A stretch of 64,000 bases of DNA from Candidatus Babelota bacterium (GTDB lineage Bacteria > Babelota > Babeliae > Babelales > JAUPTZ01): NCBI GenBank assembly GCA_030917815.1, contig JAUPTZ010000013.1, positions 3,109 through 67,108 of the forward strand, in the 5' to 3' direction. The translations under genes and the position numbers were made by a program. Below, piece by piece: positions 17,888 through 30,522 of this stretch. The notes below the pieces were generated by a model that made no database searches, had not been told where the DNA came from, and worked only from the letters and a program-made list of their open reading frames with translations. The first letter of the stretch is position 1, and the number at the start of each line of letters is the position of its first letter.

Positions 17888-18000
17888 AAAGCACGCTCCT
17901 GTATTTTCTCGTATACGCATCAGAGTTCATCGCAACTCTATTAATACAATACGAAAATATAAATGGCAAAAGCAACGGTTTTAACAATGTTTTTCCTACT

Positions 18001-18735
18001 TTAGACCAAAAGCAATGCCTCTTGCGCTACCCAACCGGTTACCCGGCCATCGGTTATTTTAGAGTACAAGGGACCGTTCGGTAGTGCCGCAGATTGGCCA
18101 CCACGCACCGGTGTTGCTGCCGGAATTTTTCCAAGCTCAGAAAAGCGTGGATCGGGGCCGCTTCTCACCGTAATTGATTGCATCGTAACGCCACTCACTG
18201 CGGTTCGGTACTCAATACTCCACCAGGCAAATGCAATACTCAAGCCTATGCACAGGCAGACGAAACTCAACAACCCATATGCGCGCCTACGCCACCAGTG
18301 CCGAACTCGCCCCGCCCCAAATACCAAGAGGAATAGGAGACAAAGTTGCCACACGAGCGGGGGAATAGCGGCACAAAAAGTGGCACTATACCACGAAGGC
18401 GTTGGTGCCTGGCCATGAAGACCACTCTCGGCTTCAAGTCTAAAAATACGTGTTGCGATATCGTAATAGGCAAGCCAGTAAAGGCCGCGCGATGCGCGAT
18501 ACCAATGACGCAAGGCGGTAGCATAATTCTTTCCCCGTGCCGCGCATTCACCCATCCGTACCAATGTCCCCGGCGTTGGTACCTCCTCCTTCTCATAGGC
18601 GGCCAGCGCAGCACTCCATTGCTCATGTGCATACAGCACATCGGCCGCTTCCTCTTGCGCGATGACAACACCGGCACAGGCAATTAAAATCCCTACAAAA
18701 ATGTAGTGCACCCGCACTCTCACCAATTCACTCAT
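18001..18735 (-). CDS. BatE-like protein (TPR-like N-terminus, TM segments, C-terminal SH3b-like domain)
   Basis: Last gene of the bat-like cluster. C-terminal ITVRSGPDPRFSELGKIPAATPV...GWVAQEALL resembles bacterial SH3. Confidence 0.6.
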   Translation of the reverse strand: MSELVRVRVHYIFVGILIACAGVVIAQEEAADVLYAHEQWSAALAAYEKEEVPTPGTLVRMGECAARGKNYATALRHWYRASRGLYWLAYYDIATRIFRLEAESGLHGQAPTPSWYSATFCAAIPPLVWQLCLLFLLVFGAGRVRHWWRRRAYGLLSFVCLCIGLSIAFAWWSIEYRTAVSGVTMQSITVRSGPDPRFSELGKIPAATPVRGGQSAALPNGPLYSKITDGRVTGWVAQEALLLV

Positions 18736-20510
18736 TACTTCCTCCGTAGTTGTCCATTTACCAACTCATACCAGTAAAGTGTTTTATCTAGCAACTCGGT
18801 TTTTACCGACTCTTTCATGGTTTGAGAAGCAAACGCGGCTTGGCTACAGCGATCAATATACGAGGCAAATCCCTCGCTACGCTCAAAATCCCAGCCCCAC
18901 TCATGCGTACGCTGCTTCACATATTCAGCATCAATTTCCTGCGGATCACACCGCCACTCAGCAACCAACAGCGTGATGAAAAACGAGTAGACTTGTCCAA
19001 CTTCTTGCTCGGCAATCAACCTGGTCAAGTAGGCTCGCTGCCGCTTCTGCTCGCTGGTAATCCCTGCCCACTCGGCACACACAAGCACCCAGCGATAAAA
19101 CATATCCTTGAGGAGCACACAGGCAATAAAGCAGGCCAGGTACACCAACCACCACCAGGGAATAACCGGCAATGAAACACCATCGTACACCTTGGTTACT
19201 TCAGGATGCTTCTCCTGCGCCGCCGACTTTTCGACCGATGTATTCTGCCCGCCAGCTACTACTTTTGCTTTCTTAACCTGTATCGAAACCGGCTCACTCA
19301 GCAACGTACAATAACTACCTTTGATCGTATCAAAGTAGGTAAATCGTTGAGCCGGAATCTCGTGAACCCCCTGCTCACCAATTTGCATGATATATTCAAA
19401 CGACTTTGTTCCTTTATTTGGCACTGCCGGATCAAAAACACAGGATGATGTTGATGGATACACTTCCATAGTTTCTGGCAACTGTAATGTCGGCGCTACA
19501 ATAGCATCAAAATTACCGTTCCCAATCACACTAAATGTCACCGTTATGGGCTCATTAAGCTCAACAACCTGTTTATGGGCTCGTACTGCAATTGATTCAA
19601 AACGCCCAACACCATCGACCGGCTCGGTACTCAATGGCAACGGCTTGACCGCAATAATCGTACTGTTAGAGCGAACCGTGCGCTTTTTACCCCCTTGTCC
19701 GAAGAAACTGCCAAAAAACCCCCCCATAAGATTTGCCTGATCTTGATCAGGAACGACAAAATGAGCGGTTGCCGGTCCAACGGTATAGGTTCCTGCACTA
19801 TCGGCCGACACCGCATAATCCTGTTTCGTCACTATCTTTACCTGCCCATTAACTACTTTTTGAGCCGATGTTGCTTTGCCAATTGGCTGCGCTTGTAACT
19901 TACCAAAGACCGGTGGCTGAAGGCCGCGCTCCATCACCTGCCCATCATCTTCCATTGTCACCGTTAAAGTCACCGGCTGGCCAACATAGACTTCATGCAC
20001 ATCAACATCAATTGAACAGGCTAGCGCTTGCCGTGCCGCGCCCCGCTTACCGGCAAACTGGTCATAAGCGGCCGGCTCAACTACCCGTACATCAATAGTA
20101 TTGCTCGTTACCCGGCGACCATTATCTTCTACCACAGCCGGACCAAGGTTATAGGAACCGGTCGTCACCGGACGAAGGTAATACGTATGAGTTATCGTAT
20201 TCTTTGTACGGCCATTTTCCATAATCATGCTGTTTGAGGTGCCGCCACGCGTCACTTCAAAGTGGGGAGAATCTTGCACACCATTAACAACCACATCGCC
20301 TAAGTCACCATCGTCGCGCGTCACTTGCATCACATAGTCATCGCCCTGGCAAACCACCATAACCGGCGTCCCTGTTTCTTCTTCGCGCCCATGCAATCCT
20401 CCCTTTACCTGCAGGTGAATACCGGCGCTCAAGAAGCTTGTGTATAGACTAAAAATTGCTAGCACTAAAATCATAATTCCCAATCCTCTACCATTGATTA
20501 TATCGTACAT
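18735..20510 (-). CDS. BatD-like protein
   Basis: 591-aa ORF with an N-terminal signal/anchor, a long beta-rich ectodomain, a late TM helix (VIPWWWLVYLACFIACVLL) and a cytoplasmic tail. Architecture and position match BatD. The start is uncertain (20510 or 20474). Confidence 0.65.
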   Translation of the reverse strand: MYDIINGRGLGIMILVLAIFSLYTSFLSAGIHLQVKGGLHGREEETGTPVMVVCQGDDYVMQVTRDDGDLGDVVVNGVQDSPHFEVTRGGTSNSMIMENGRTKNTITHTYYLRPVTTGSYNLGPAVVEDNGRRVTSNTIDVRVVEPAAYDQFAGKRGAARQALACSIDVDVHEVYVGQPVTLTVTMEDDGQVMERGLQPPVFGKLQAQPIGKATSAQKVVNGQVKIVTKQDYAVSADSAGTYTVGPATAHFVVPDQDQANLMGGFFGSFFGQGGKKRTVRSNSTIIAVKPLPLSTEPVDGVGRFESIAVRAHKQVVELNEPITVTFSVIGNGNFDAIVAPTLQLPETMEVYPSTSSCVFDPAVPNKGTKSFEYIMQIGEQGVHEIPAQRFTYFDTIKGSYCTLLSEPVSIQVKKAKVVAGGQNTSVEKSAAQEKHPEVTKVYDGVSLPVIPWWWLVYLACFIACVLLKDMFYRWVLVCAEWAGITSEQKRQRAYLTRLIAEQEVGQVYSFFITLLVAEWRCDPQEIDAEYVKQRTHEWGWDFERSEGFASYIDRCSQAAFASQTMKESVKTELLDKTLYWYELVNGQLRRK

Positions 20511-21546
20511 GCTCAGCCGCTTTTTGTGCGCTTTTTTTCAGCAGCTGCTGCTTTTGTAAAGCAGCCTCATCTTGTTGCAGTTTATCCAGAAGCACCATTG
20601 CCCGCTTTTTCACCATCTCAGCATTTGCATCGTACTGTTGCGGCGCTGCCATAGCTTGTTCCATTGCTTCTTTTAATTCTTCTTCAGATACCGCACCTTC
20701 TTGCTCACCAGAAGTCTTTTGGCTCTCTTCAGCGCCTACATCTTGTTTCTTTTCTTCGCCAGTCTTTTCTTCGCCAGTCTGATCTTCACCAGTCTGACCG
20801 CTACCTTCTTTTTCTTCCGACTTAGCCGGTTGCTCCTCTTCCTGTTTATCACCGCTAGATTGCTGCTCTTCCGACTCTTTCTTTTGCTGCTGGCTATGCG
20901 ACTCATCCTGCTTTTGGTCGCCCTCTGATGGCTTTTGTTTACCATCCTGCCGTTTGCTACCGCCCTCTTTTTGATCACGCGGTTGATCATCTTTTTGATT
21001 GTCGCCTTGGTTCTCCTTGTCACCCTCTTGCGATTCATCGCTCTGCTGGTTTTTATCCTCCGACTTATTTTCCTCTTTCTTCTCCTCTTCTTGTTGCTTC
21101 TTTCGCTGCTCAAGCAATGCACGCAATCGATCAACAATTTTTTTACGCTCTCGCGCCGCCGTATGTTCCGCATCAAATACTAACACGTTACCATACCGGT
21201 TCCCGGCATCAACCGCGCGCTTAATCGCCGTATCAAGCGCCGCATCCTTTAGTTCTTTTTGCTCTTGTAGCATCTCGATCAATTGCAACGAAGCCGTATC
21301 GGCCCATGAAAAATAAGCCGGAATAATACCGGTATTTTCCCGATCGTAAAGATCGACCGCTAAAGAAAAATGCCGCTCAGCATTGGCATACTGTTTCTGA
21401 TCTAAAGCGGCTATACCTAAATTATAGCTCGTCACTGGATTGAGTGGATTATCAACCTGTTCTGCTAAAAATTGGTCGGTCAATCCGGCAAATCCGCACC
21501 CAACCACTGTCATGCTGACAGCTACACAATATACAATGTTCTTCAC
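20488..21546 (-). CDS. BatC-like TPR protein with long acidic/basic low-complexity region
   Basis: Lipoprotein-like N-terminus (MTVVGC), TPR-like segment, then about 140 aa of E/K/Q/D/S-rich sequence. That region includes a 15-nt triplicated unit at 20749-20793 (TGEEK-TGEEK-TGEDQ). Confidence 0.65.
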   Translation of the reverse strand: MKNIVYCVAVSMTVVGCGFAGLTDQFLAEQVDNPLNPVTSYNLGIAALDQKQYANAERHFSLAVDLYDRENTGIIPAYFSWADTASLQLIEMLQEQKELKDAALDTAIKRAVDAGNRYGNVLVFDAEHTAARERKKIVDRLRALLEQRKKQQEEEKKEENKSEDKNQQSDESQEGDKENQGDNQKDDQPRDQKEGGSKRQDGKQKPSEGDQKQDESHSQQQKKESEEQQSSGDKQEEEQPAKSEEKEGSGQTGEDQTGEEKTGEEKKQDVGAEESQKTSGEQEGAVSEEELKEAMEQAMAAPQQYDANAEMVKKRAMVLLDKLQQDEAALQKQQLLKKSAQKAAEHVRYNQW

Positions 21547-21556
21547 AGCACCCTCG

Positions 21557-22573
21557 TTATAGTAACCACTCTAGTAAGAGACAACCCCACGTAACCGCTA
21601 GAAATAACGGATATCTATCGTGATAATGTGATATATGACGCTCTTCAAGTTGCTCTCGCTCATAGGCGGCAAGCACGTCAACAATACGTACAATATCACC
21701 ATCATCTTGCGAAACCCGCTCATAGCGACCACCAACGCTAGCCGACAATTCTTGTAATAAAGTTTCATTTAGCGCACTCGTAGCCACCGAACCATCTTTG
21801 TTTTTCGCATAACCGACCATAGTGCCACGTGCGTCATAAAGAGGAACCGGTGCCCCCTGCGTAGTGCCAACGCCCCAGGAGAAAACCGTAATTTTTTCTT
21901 TTGCCACTAAATCGGCAAGCTGTTTTTTGTTAGAGGCGAAATCTTCACCATCGGTAATCAACAATAAAAGTTTATTTTTACGATTTTCACTGCGATTAAA
22001 AATCTCGGCCGCCTTGGTAACCGCCGTACCGATTGCGGTCGTTCCAGAGGAAATAGATTCGGTAGTCACCTGCTCAAGAAAAAGTAAAAAGGTTTGATAA
22101 TCGGCGGTAAGAGGACACTGCACAAAAGCGGTGCCAGAAAATAAAATTAATCCGACACGTTCAAATGAAAGTCGCTCTAATAGCTTACGAACCTTTAGTT
22201 TTACAAAGGCAAGGCGACTCGGTTTAACGTCTTGCGCCTGCATGCTCCCCGAAATATCAAGCGCAATAAGCACATCACGTCCTTCTTGCATTACAGCGAT
22301 CTCTTTGCGTCCCCACTGCGGCTGCATAAATGCAATAGCCATAGCAGCAAGCGCAATCGTCAGTAATACCGCACGAGCAATAAGACGCCATGGCGCAAAG
22401 CCGGGAAGTACGAGTGAGCTGTGCGCACTATGAACCAAATACTTTACGCGGGACCGATACTGCACGCACCACACCCACACGGCAACAATAAGAATCGCCA
22501 TAAGCGGCACACACCACATACGTTCCGGCGCACCCCACAGCAAAAAATGTTCAAATGTAGAATCGTAACTCAT
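21557..22573 (-). CDS. BatB-like von Willebrand factor A protein
   Basis: Two N-terminal TM helices and a MIDAS motif (DISGSM ... ITDGED). The ATG at 22573 overlaps the batA stop (ATGA). Confidence 0.8.
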   Translation of the reverse strand: MSYDSTFEHFLLWGAPERMWCVPLMAILIVAVWVWCVQYRSRVKYLVHSAHSSLVLPGFAPWRLIARAVLLTIALAAMAIAFMQPQWGRKEIAVMQEGRDVLIALDISGSMQAQDVKPSRLAFVKLKVRKLLERLSFERVGLILFSGTAFVQCPLTADYQTFLLFLEQVTTESISSGTTAIGTAVTKAAEIFNRSENRKNKLLLLITDGEDFASNKKQLADLVAKEKITVFSWGVGTTQGAPVPLYDARGTMVGYAKNKDGSVATSALNETLLQELSASVGGRYERVSQDDGDIVRIVDVLAAYEREQLEERHISHYHDRYPLFLAVTWGCLLLEWLL

Positions 22574-23565
22574 ACCAATCCCTTCCAAAGAAACATTCTG
22601 AGTAGCAACTCAGCAATCACACACAGTAATGCAAACCATGCAAACCAGGTAAACGCTTCATGGTATTGCTGAAATAGCGTTGTTTTAATATCGGTTTGTT
22701 CAAGCTTATCAATCGTTTCATAAGCACTCTTCAACTCGGCCGGCGTGTGCACACGATAATAGTACCCGCCGGTTTCGGTTGCTATTTTTTTAAGCATCGC
22801 CGCATCAACATTACTTGGTATCTGGGCCACACGGCCAAATTGATCATAGGTATACGCCATGTTGGCACGGCCAACACCAAGAGTATAAATTTTAATACCA
22901 AATTCACGCGCGAGCCCAATCACCGTGTCGGCATCAATAGGATCATTCTCTGAAGGTACCCCGTCGGTCAGCATCACAATAATTTTACTTTTTGCCGTCG
23001 ACGTACGCAAGCGATTGATACTGGTTGCAAGACCGGTAAAGAGCAACGTATCATTGGCATCAATATCACCAAGTTCTAATTCTTTTACCGTATTCAAGAG
23101 CAATGTTTTATCGAGCGTTAATGGTACTTTCGAGAGAGCCTGCGACGCAAAAAGAACGATGCCTATCGGATCATTAGTGCGCTTAGCAATAAAAGAAAGC
23201 GCCTCTCGTTTTGCCGCTTCAATCCGCTGCGTGCGATCTTTTAAATCATCGAATAATTCCATGCTTCCAGAGACGTCGATAGTAAGCACAATATCGACTC
23301 CCTTAATACACAAATCCCGCTGCGTATCAAGCCATTGTGGCCGACCAATCAACAATGCCAGAGTAATCAGAGCACCAAGACGTAACGCGAAAAGGATGTG
23401 CCGGATAGGCAGCGTAACCGCACTTCCCTGCTGCTTAATCACATGAGCTAGTGCGTAGCGATAGCGAATTTTTCTTTTGAACCACAAAACATACATTCCT
23501 GCCAGCGCCGTTACCCCACCCACCCAAGGAAGTACCCAGGCATAGGCGAATACCAGATTCGTCAT
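22570..23565 (-). CDS. BatA-like von Willebrand factor A protein
   Basis: N-terminal TM helices, MIDAS motif (DVSGSM ... LTDG) and a C-terminal TM helix. Confidence 0.8.
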   Translation of the reverse strand: MTNLVFAYAWVLPWVGGVTALAGMYVLWFKRKIRYRYALAHVIKQQGSAVTLPIRHILFALRLGALITLALLIGRPQWLDTQRDLCIKGVDIVLTIDVSGSMELFDDLKDRTQRIEAAKREALSFIAKRTNDPIGIVLFASQALSKVPLTLDKTLLLNTVKELELGDIDANDTLLFTGLATSINRLRTSTAKSKIIVMLTDGVPSENDPIDADTVIGLAREFGIKIYTLGVGRANMAYTYDQFGRVAQIPSNVDAAMLKKIATETGGYYYRVHTPAELKSAYETIDKLEQTDIKTTLFQQYHEAFTWFAWFALLCVIAELLLRMFLWKGLV

Positions 23566-23588
23566 AACAACTCCTCAGAAAAAGCATC

Positions 23589-24320
23589 TTAATTATCTGT
23601 TTTTCCAATAAACCAATCCCTCACGCGTTCGACAAAATGTTCATGCGATTCATTGGGCGCACGAACAAACGACGGACCAACGTCAAGCAAGACTGGTACC
23701 GCGCTTTGTATAAGAACACTATCTTTGGGATACGCTTTATGTGCGGCGTCAATATACACTGGCACAACCGGCCTTGACAAGACATCTGCGAGCAAAGAAA
23801 ACCCTTTGAAAAATCGATGGATTTCTCCATCACTATAACGCCCTCCCTCAGGAAACAAAAGAACATGCGATTTACCCAGAACCGCCTTCTTTTGAAGCAT
23901 CTTCAAGGCACGCGCACCCTCCATTGCCGAGGTTGCATCGACCATGACATGCATGCGCATCAAAATCCAATTAAGTAGCGGCATTTTACGATACTCATCT
24001 TTACTCAACCATATGCGCGGCGCAGCGCCCAGTAGCGCCTCTATCAAGAGAATATCAAGCGCCGACCCATGATTCATTACAAAAATTACCGGCTCTTCTT
24101 GCGGCATATCATCGCCTCGTATCGCTAACGAAATACCGGCAAGCCACAACCACGTCTTACTCCACCGAGAAGTAAGCCAAAAAAATAGTTTGTTTTTATA
24201 GCGCATTGAATCGGGCAATAGGATCAGCGGCAACACAAGTACCAAAAAGAAAACGCTCATCAAACTACCAAATAGGTAGGTGATGAGCGTTCGTACAATA
24301 ACGTTATGCGATGATGCCAT
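23589..24320 (-). CDS. plsC: 1-acyl-sn-glycerol-3-phosphate acyltransferase
   Basis: Acyltransferase motifs NHGSALD (NHxxxxD) and FPEGGR, with an N-terminal TM helix. Confidence 0.85.
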   Translation of the reverse strand: MASSHNVIVRTLITYLFGSLMSVFFLVLVLPLILLPDSMRYKNKLFFWLTSRWSKTWLWLAGISLAIRGDDMPQEEPVIFVMNHGSALDILLIEALLGAAPRIWLSKDEYRKMPLLNWILMRMHVMVDATSAMEGARALKMLQKKAVLGKSHVLLFPEGGRYSDGEIHRFFKGFSLLADVLSRPVVPVYIDAAHKAYPKDSVLIQSAVPVLLDVGPSFVRAPNESHEHFVERVRDWFIGKTDN

Positions 24321-24359
24321 ACATAATCTCCCGGTTATGTCGGCATCGCACCTACGATT

Positions 24360-25250
24360 TTACCGACTTGTTGGTACTTTTGAAACGCGCTTATGATACG
24401 AGAAAAAGAGCGCGCAGTACAGCAGAAGCAATGTAGAGAGAGCAAAACCTTTTACTTCATTAATCCACTCATGGCGTGTCAGTGCAAAGAGATGATCGGC
24501 AGAATATTCCAAACCAATCGCAATCACCGCAAATAATGTCATCAACCCGGCAGTGTAGGCCCAGTGAGCGTTAAAAAGCTTCGTCCCCTTAGAAATCGAC
24601 TCTCCGATGCCTTTACCCTGCATAATAAAAGCCAATGCATAGGTGCTAAAAATAATTGATAAGCGAAAGAAATAAAAAACCACCGCATACAATGCTACCG
24701 CCGCAAGCCCTAGCCCAATAAGCATACCAATAACACTCAGCGACTTGGGTTGTGCATTATACATGCACCCATAGTAGCCGAGCGTATCAAGCCCCACTTT
24801 TGCCATAACGAGCACCGGCAAAAAGACCAATGCCGCCATAAAAAGCGCCTTTGAGTAACGATACACATAGCTGAAGAATGTGCCCACGCAACTCATCATC
24901 CAGGATAAAAGACTAGTGCTTTTTCTTGTTTTTACTTTAAGCGAAAACATTTGACGACCGAGCTCTGCAATACAAAAAACCGATGCCAGCGAAACGGTAT
25001 ACTCATGAAAAGAAACAGAACCCATGAGGACATGCGCAGACAAGAAAAGCTTTGTGCTCAAGAACGCTTGCGCATCAATCGCTAATAATCCAATCGAGAT
25101 GACGGTACCACATATCAAAATAATGAATGGTGTCATGAGCTGATCGGTTAACGTAACCAGTTCATCCCAATGAGCACCCACACTTAAACCTTTTATAAAT
25201 TTGCGTCCTAATTCGTATGGAAACCTTATCACAGCTCTCTTCCTTTGCAT
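24360..25250 (-). CDS. Polytopic membrane protein, unknown function
   Basis: 296-aa ORF with about 7 hydrophobic segments. I recognise no motif. Confidence 0.6.
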   Translation of the reverse strand: MQRKRAVIRFPYELGRKFIKGLSVGAHWDELVTLTDQLMTPFIILICGTVISIGLLAIDAQAFLSTKLFLSAHVLMGSVSFHEYTVSLASVFCIAELGRQMFSLKVKTRKSTSLLSWMMSCVGTFFSYVYRYSKALFMAALVFLPVLVMAKVGLDTLGYYGCMYNAQPKSLSVIGMLIGLGLAAVALYAVVFYFFRLSIIFSTYALAFIMQGKGIGESISKGTKLFNAHWAYTAGLMTLFAVIAIGLEYSADHLFALTRHEWINEVKGFALSTLLLLYCALFFSYHKRVSKVPTSR

Positions 25251-25440
25251 TAAATCGTACTATCCAGCCGCTACCTGACGGCACTATAGCTACCCCAGTT
25301 TACAATAGGTAGCCCCCTCAACCTGCTCTGCACGTCATCACGCCGCCTTTAACACCATCCGTTCTGGATTGCCACGTCGCACAAAGGCTCCTCGCAAAGA
25401 CGGCCAAAGCGGCCTGTAGAGGCACCTACATTAAACCACA
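25251..25440. repeat. Repeat-family composite
   Basis: cgtcatcacg ... ctggattgccacgtcgcacaaaggctcctcgcaaagacggccaaagcggcc ... acattaaacc. It is the near-identical reverse complement of 28875-28917. Confidence 0.75.
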
Positions 25441-25498
25441 CCACCTATACAGAATCACTAGCTTAGCGATTCATCACAATACAAGAGTTACAAAAATA

Positions 25499-26254
25499 TC
25501 ATGAAATATAGGCGGTTTTCCGCTGTTGATAGAATACCATAAATGCCACCCAGCCAATTTCCCAACTCAGAATATTAACGCCATGAATGATCATATACGC
25601 ACCGTGTTGAGCAATGAAATGATGGCGCACTAAAAAGCTTGAAAGACAAAATGAACCATACGAGAGTGGCGCCATAGCAAGCATAAGAAGAATAATCCCG
25701 GGAAGCTCCTTCCACGTCATAGCACGCGCATGTCGCCATACTTCCCGTGATGAACGATGGCTCATTGGAGTAAATATCGTGGCAACACTCGCAATCGGAA
25801 ACGAACACAGCTTCACCGCAATTAACGGTGCTAGCAATGCAAGGACACCGATCAGACCAAGAAGAAGCTCAAGCGATCCCTCGGTACACACCCAATGAAA
25901 AGCAAAAAGAATACCGGCAATAAGACCATAAACTAAGCAGGACCACCAGACCGAAACCCACCAATGCGCCATCGATTCTTCATGCGATACCGCAACCGAT
26001 CGAATAAGAAAAGGCACATAAAATGGGGATGCCATCATAGCAACTAATGGTGGGATTAAATGAAGTATTTGTCGCAGCAACAACGAAATATAGGGAACAT
26101 GAAAACAGGAAAGTGCACAGATTGCCGCAAAGATACCCAATGACAGGCCAAAACAGGGAAACGCTCTCATTAAAGCGCGACCCACCGCTACACAGAACAC
26201 TGATGAACCCAGATGGGCCACCGAAGAAAGCCAGGTTTTAAAAAGTTTTTTCAT
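25499..26254 (-). CDS. Polytopic membrane protein, unknown function
   Basis: 251-aa ORF with about 6 hydrophobic segments. Confidence 0.6.
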   Translation of the reverse strand: MKKLFKTWLSSVAHLGSSVFCVAVGRALMRAFPCFGLSLGIFAAICALSCFHVPYISLLLRQILHLIPPLVAMMASPFYVPFLIRSVAVSHEESMAHWWVSVWWSCLVYGLIAGILFAFHWVCTEGSLELLLGLIGVLALLAPLIAVKLCSFPIASVATIFTPMSHRSSREVWRHARAMTWKELPGIILLMLAMAPLSYGSFCLSSFLVRHHFIAQHGAYMIIHGVNILSWEIGWVAFMVFYQQRKTAYIS

Positions 26255-26263
26255 ACGTAGAAA

Positions 26264-26290
26264 CTCCCGAACAGATGAACTGTTCGGGAG
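26264..26290 (-). promoter_or_regulatory. 11-bp perfect hairpin between gyrB and the next gene; its 3-prime arm contains the putative RBS
   Basis: ctcccgaacag-atgaa-ctgttcgggag. On the mRNA strand, GGGAG lies 9 nt before the ATG at 26254. It could be a gyrB terminator, an attenuator or an RBS-sequestering element. Confidence 0.4.
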
Positions 26291-26325
26291 TGTATCATTA
26301 GAGTCTAGAGAAAAAAAACAGTCGG

Positions 26326-29010
<2,685 letters not shown>

Positions 29011-29070
29011 GCATTTCAAACAGCTTCGGCTACATTATTATTCACTTATGGCGCTACGATAAACCGAAAT

Positions 29071-29610
29071 ATGAATAACACTCAACAAATCTGTTTTACC
29101 CCCCTTGACCACCATCACATGGCCCAGGCCCGCCGTCTTGCCATGCGCAGCTTACGCAATAACGAAGTACCGGTCGGCGCTGTTATTATAGCGGCCGATG
29201 GTACCATCATCGGCACCGGATATAATCGCATCGAAAAAAAACAATCCCAGCTCGAACATGCAGAGATGCAGGCAATTAGAAAAGCGGTCAAGGTGATTGG
29301 CGGCTGGCGACTTGATCAATGCACCCTTTATGTAACCCTTGAACCATGCATGATGTGCCTTGGTGCACTGCTACTTAGCCGAGTAAAAACAATTATCTAT
29401 GGCGCTCCATCTCATCTCTTTGGCATAAGTATTCTCAACCCGCAACTCCCACCGGTCTACCGCGCTCATACAATAATCCACCAGGGGTTGCAACAGGATG
29501 AGTGCAGTGATATGTTAAAGAACTTTTTTGTAAGAATACGCTCTAATAAGGAGGCCTCGAGTGAGCAACAATGCAGCATTCACCAGCAAAATGAAAGAGA
29601 ACTTGCTTAA
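29071..29610 (+). CDS. tadA: tRNA-specific adenosine deaminase TadA
   Basis: HAEMQAI and PCMMCLGAL zinc-ligand motifs, plus a non-conserved C-terminal tail. Confidence 0.88.
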   Translation: MNNTQQICFTPLDHHHMAQARRLAMRSLRNNEVPVGAVIIAADGTIIGTGYNRIEKKQSQLEHAEMQAIRKAVKVIGGWRLDQCTLYVTLEPCMMCLGALLLSRVKTIIYGAPSHLFGISILNPQLPPVYRAHTIIHQGLQQDECSDMLKNFFVRIRSNKEASSEQQCSIHQQNERELA

Positions 29611-29911
29611 ACGAAAAGCAGAGCTTCAAGAAATCCTTTCAGGGGCGAATCAGATAGTTTCAGACACGCAAGTTAAAGATTCGGGCGACGAAGCACTTAC
29701 CGCTTCAATGGATAACCTCCAAAGCTCGCTCACGCAGTCTGAAGTAGAAGAACTTAATCAAATTAATGCAGCTCTTTCGCGCATCGAACACACCGAATAC
29801 GGTTTATGTATTGATTGTGGCGAAGCTATTGCAGAAAAGCGTCTCGAACATTCACCGTTCTCGGCTCGCTGCATCGTGTGCCAAGAAGAACTGGAACAAT
29901 CACATCGATAA
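29561..29911 (+). CDS. DksA/TraR-family C4 zinc-finger protein
   Basis: Coiled-coil N-terminal part, then CIDCGEAIAEKRLEHSPFSARCIVC (CxxC-17-CxxC). GTG start at 29561 with AAGGAGG 6 nt upstream. Overlaps the tadA 3-prime end by 50 nt. Confidence 0.8.
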   Translation: MSNNAAFTSKMKENLLKRKAELQEILSGANQIVSDTQVKDSGDEALTASMDNLQSSLTQSEVEELNQINAALSRIEHTEYGLCIDCGEAIAEKRLEHSPFSARCIVCQEELEQSHR

Positions 29912-29987
29912 ACAATCCAAGAACTAGCGCTTGATGCTTGCAGCAAAGAAGAGTTTCCTTTAGAATACCGGCCTTCTTCCTTATAAT

Positions 29988-30062
<75 letters not shown>

Positions 30063-30392
30063 GCCTTCGCCGAGGCTACGGCTGGCTGCGCCGCTACCAA
30101 TATAGGCGCAAGACAGACGGAGTAGCGAAGGCTGTCCGCCGTAGTGCACTTAAGCTCCATCGGAGTGAAAGTGTACGTAGGAGGACTGGCTGCCATCCTC
30201 ATAAAATCTTATCTAAAAACGCTATTGCTTACTCTCCTACCAACACCCTATTCATGCACAGTTCACCCTCAGGCTACGGCTGGCTGCGCCGCTACCAATA
30301 TAGGCGCAAGACAGACGGAGTAGCGAAGGCTGTCCGCCGTAGTGCGCCAAAGCTCCACCGAAGCGGAGGTGTACGTAGGAGGACTGGTTGCC
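30063..30392. repeat. Two tandem copies (period 198 bp) of a hairpin-repeat unit starting right after the tRNA-Thr CCA
   Basis: 30073-30147 is identical to 30271-30345 (75 nt), and gtgtacgtaggaggactgg recurs in both. The first copy is closed by agccttcgc/gcgaaggct. Confidence 0.85.
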
Positions 30393-30522
30393 GCCGCAAT
30401 CAAATCCCACAAAAAAACCTCAATTTACTCTTGCCATCACTCTATCAATTCATGCATATTTCTCGTTCATTCAACCGACAGGCATACATACAATACGGCT
30501 CTCTAAGGGAGCTCGTACTCAT

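Noticed and set aside
17415-17984. 189-aa plus-strand ORF
   Set aside because: It is antisense to the glycine-zipper lipoprotein gene and spans its terminator. The Pro/Ala-rich sequence is the complement of Gly codons.
20701-21316. Several 75-146-aa ORFs in other frames or strands across the BatC low-complexity region; 22925-23446 antisense to batA
   Set aside because: These are artefacts of the GA/CT-rich low-complexity coding sequence, and the BatC/BatA frames carry the recognisable domains.
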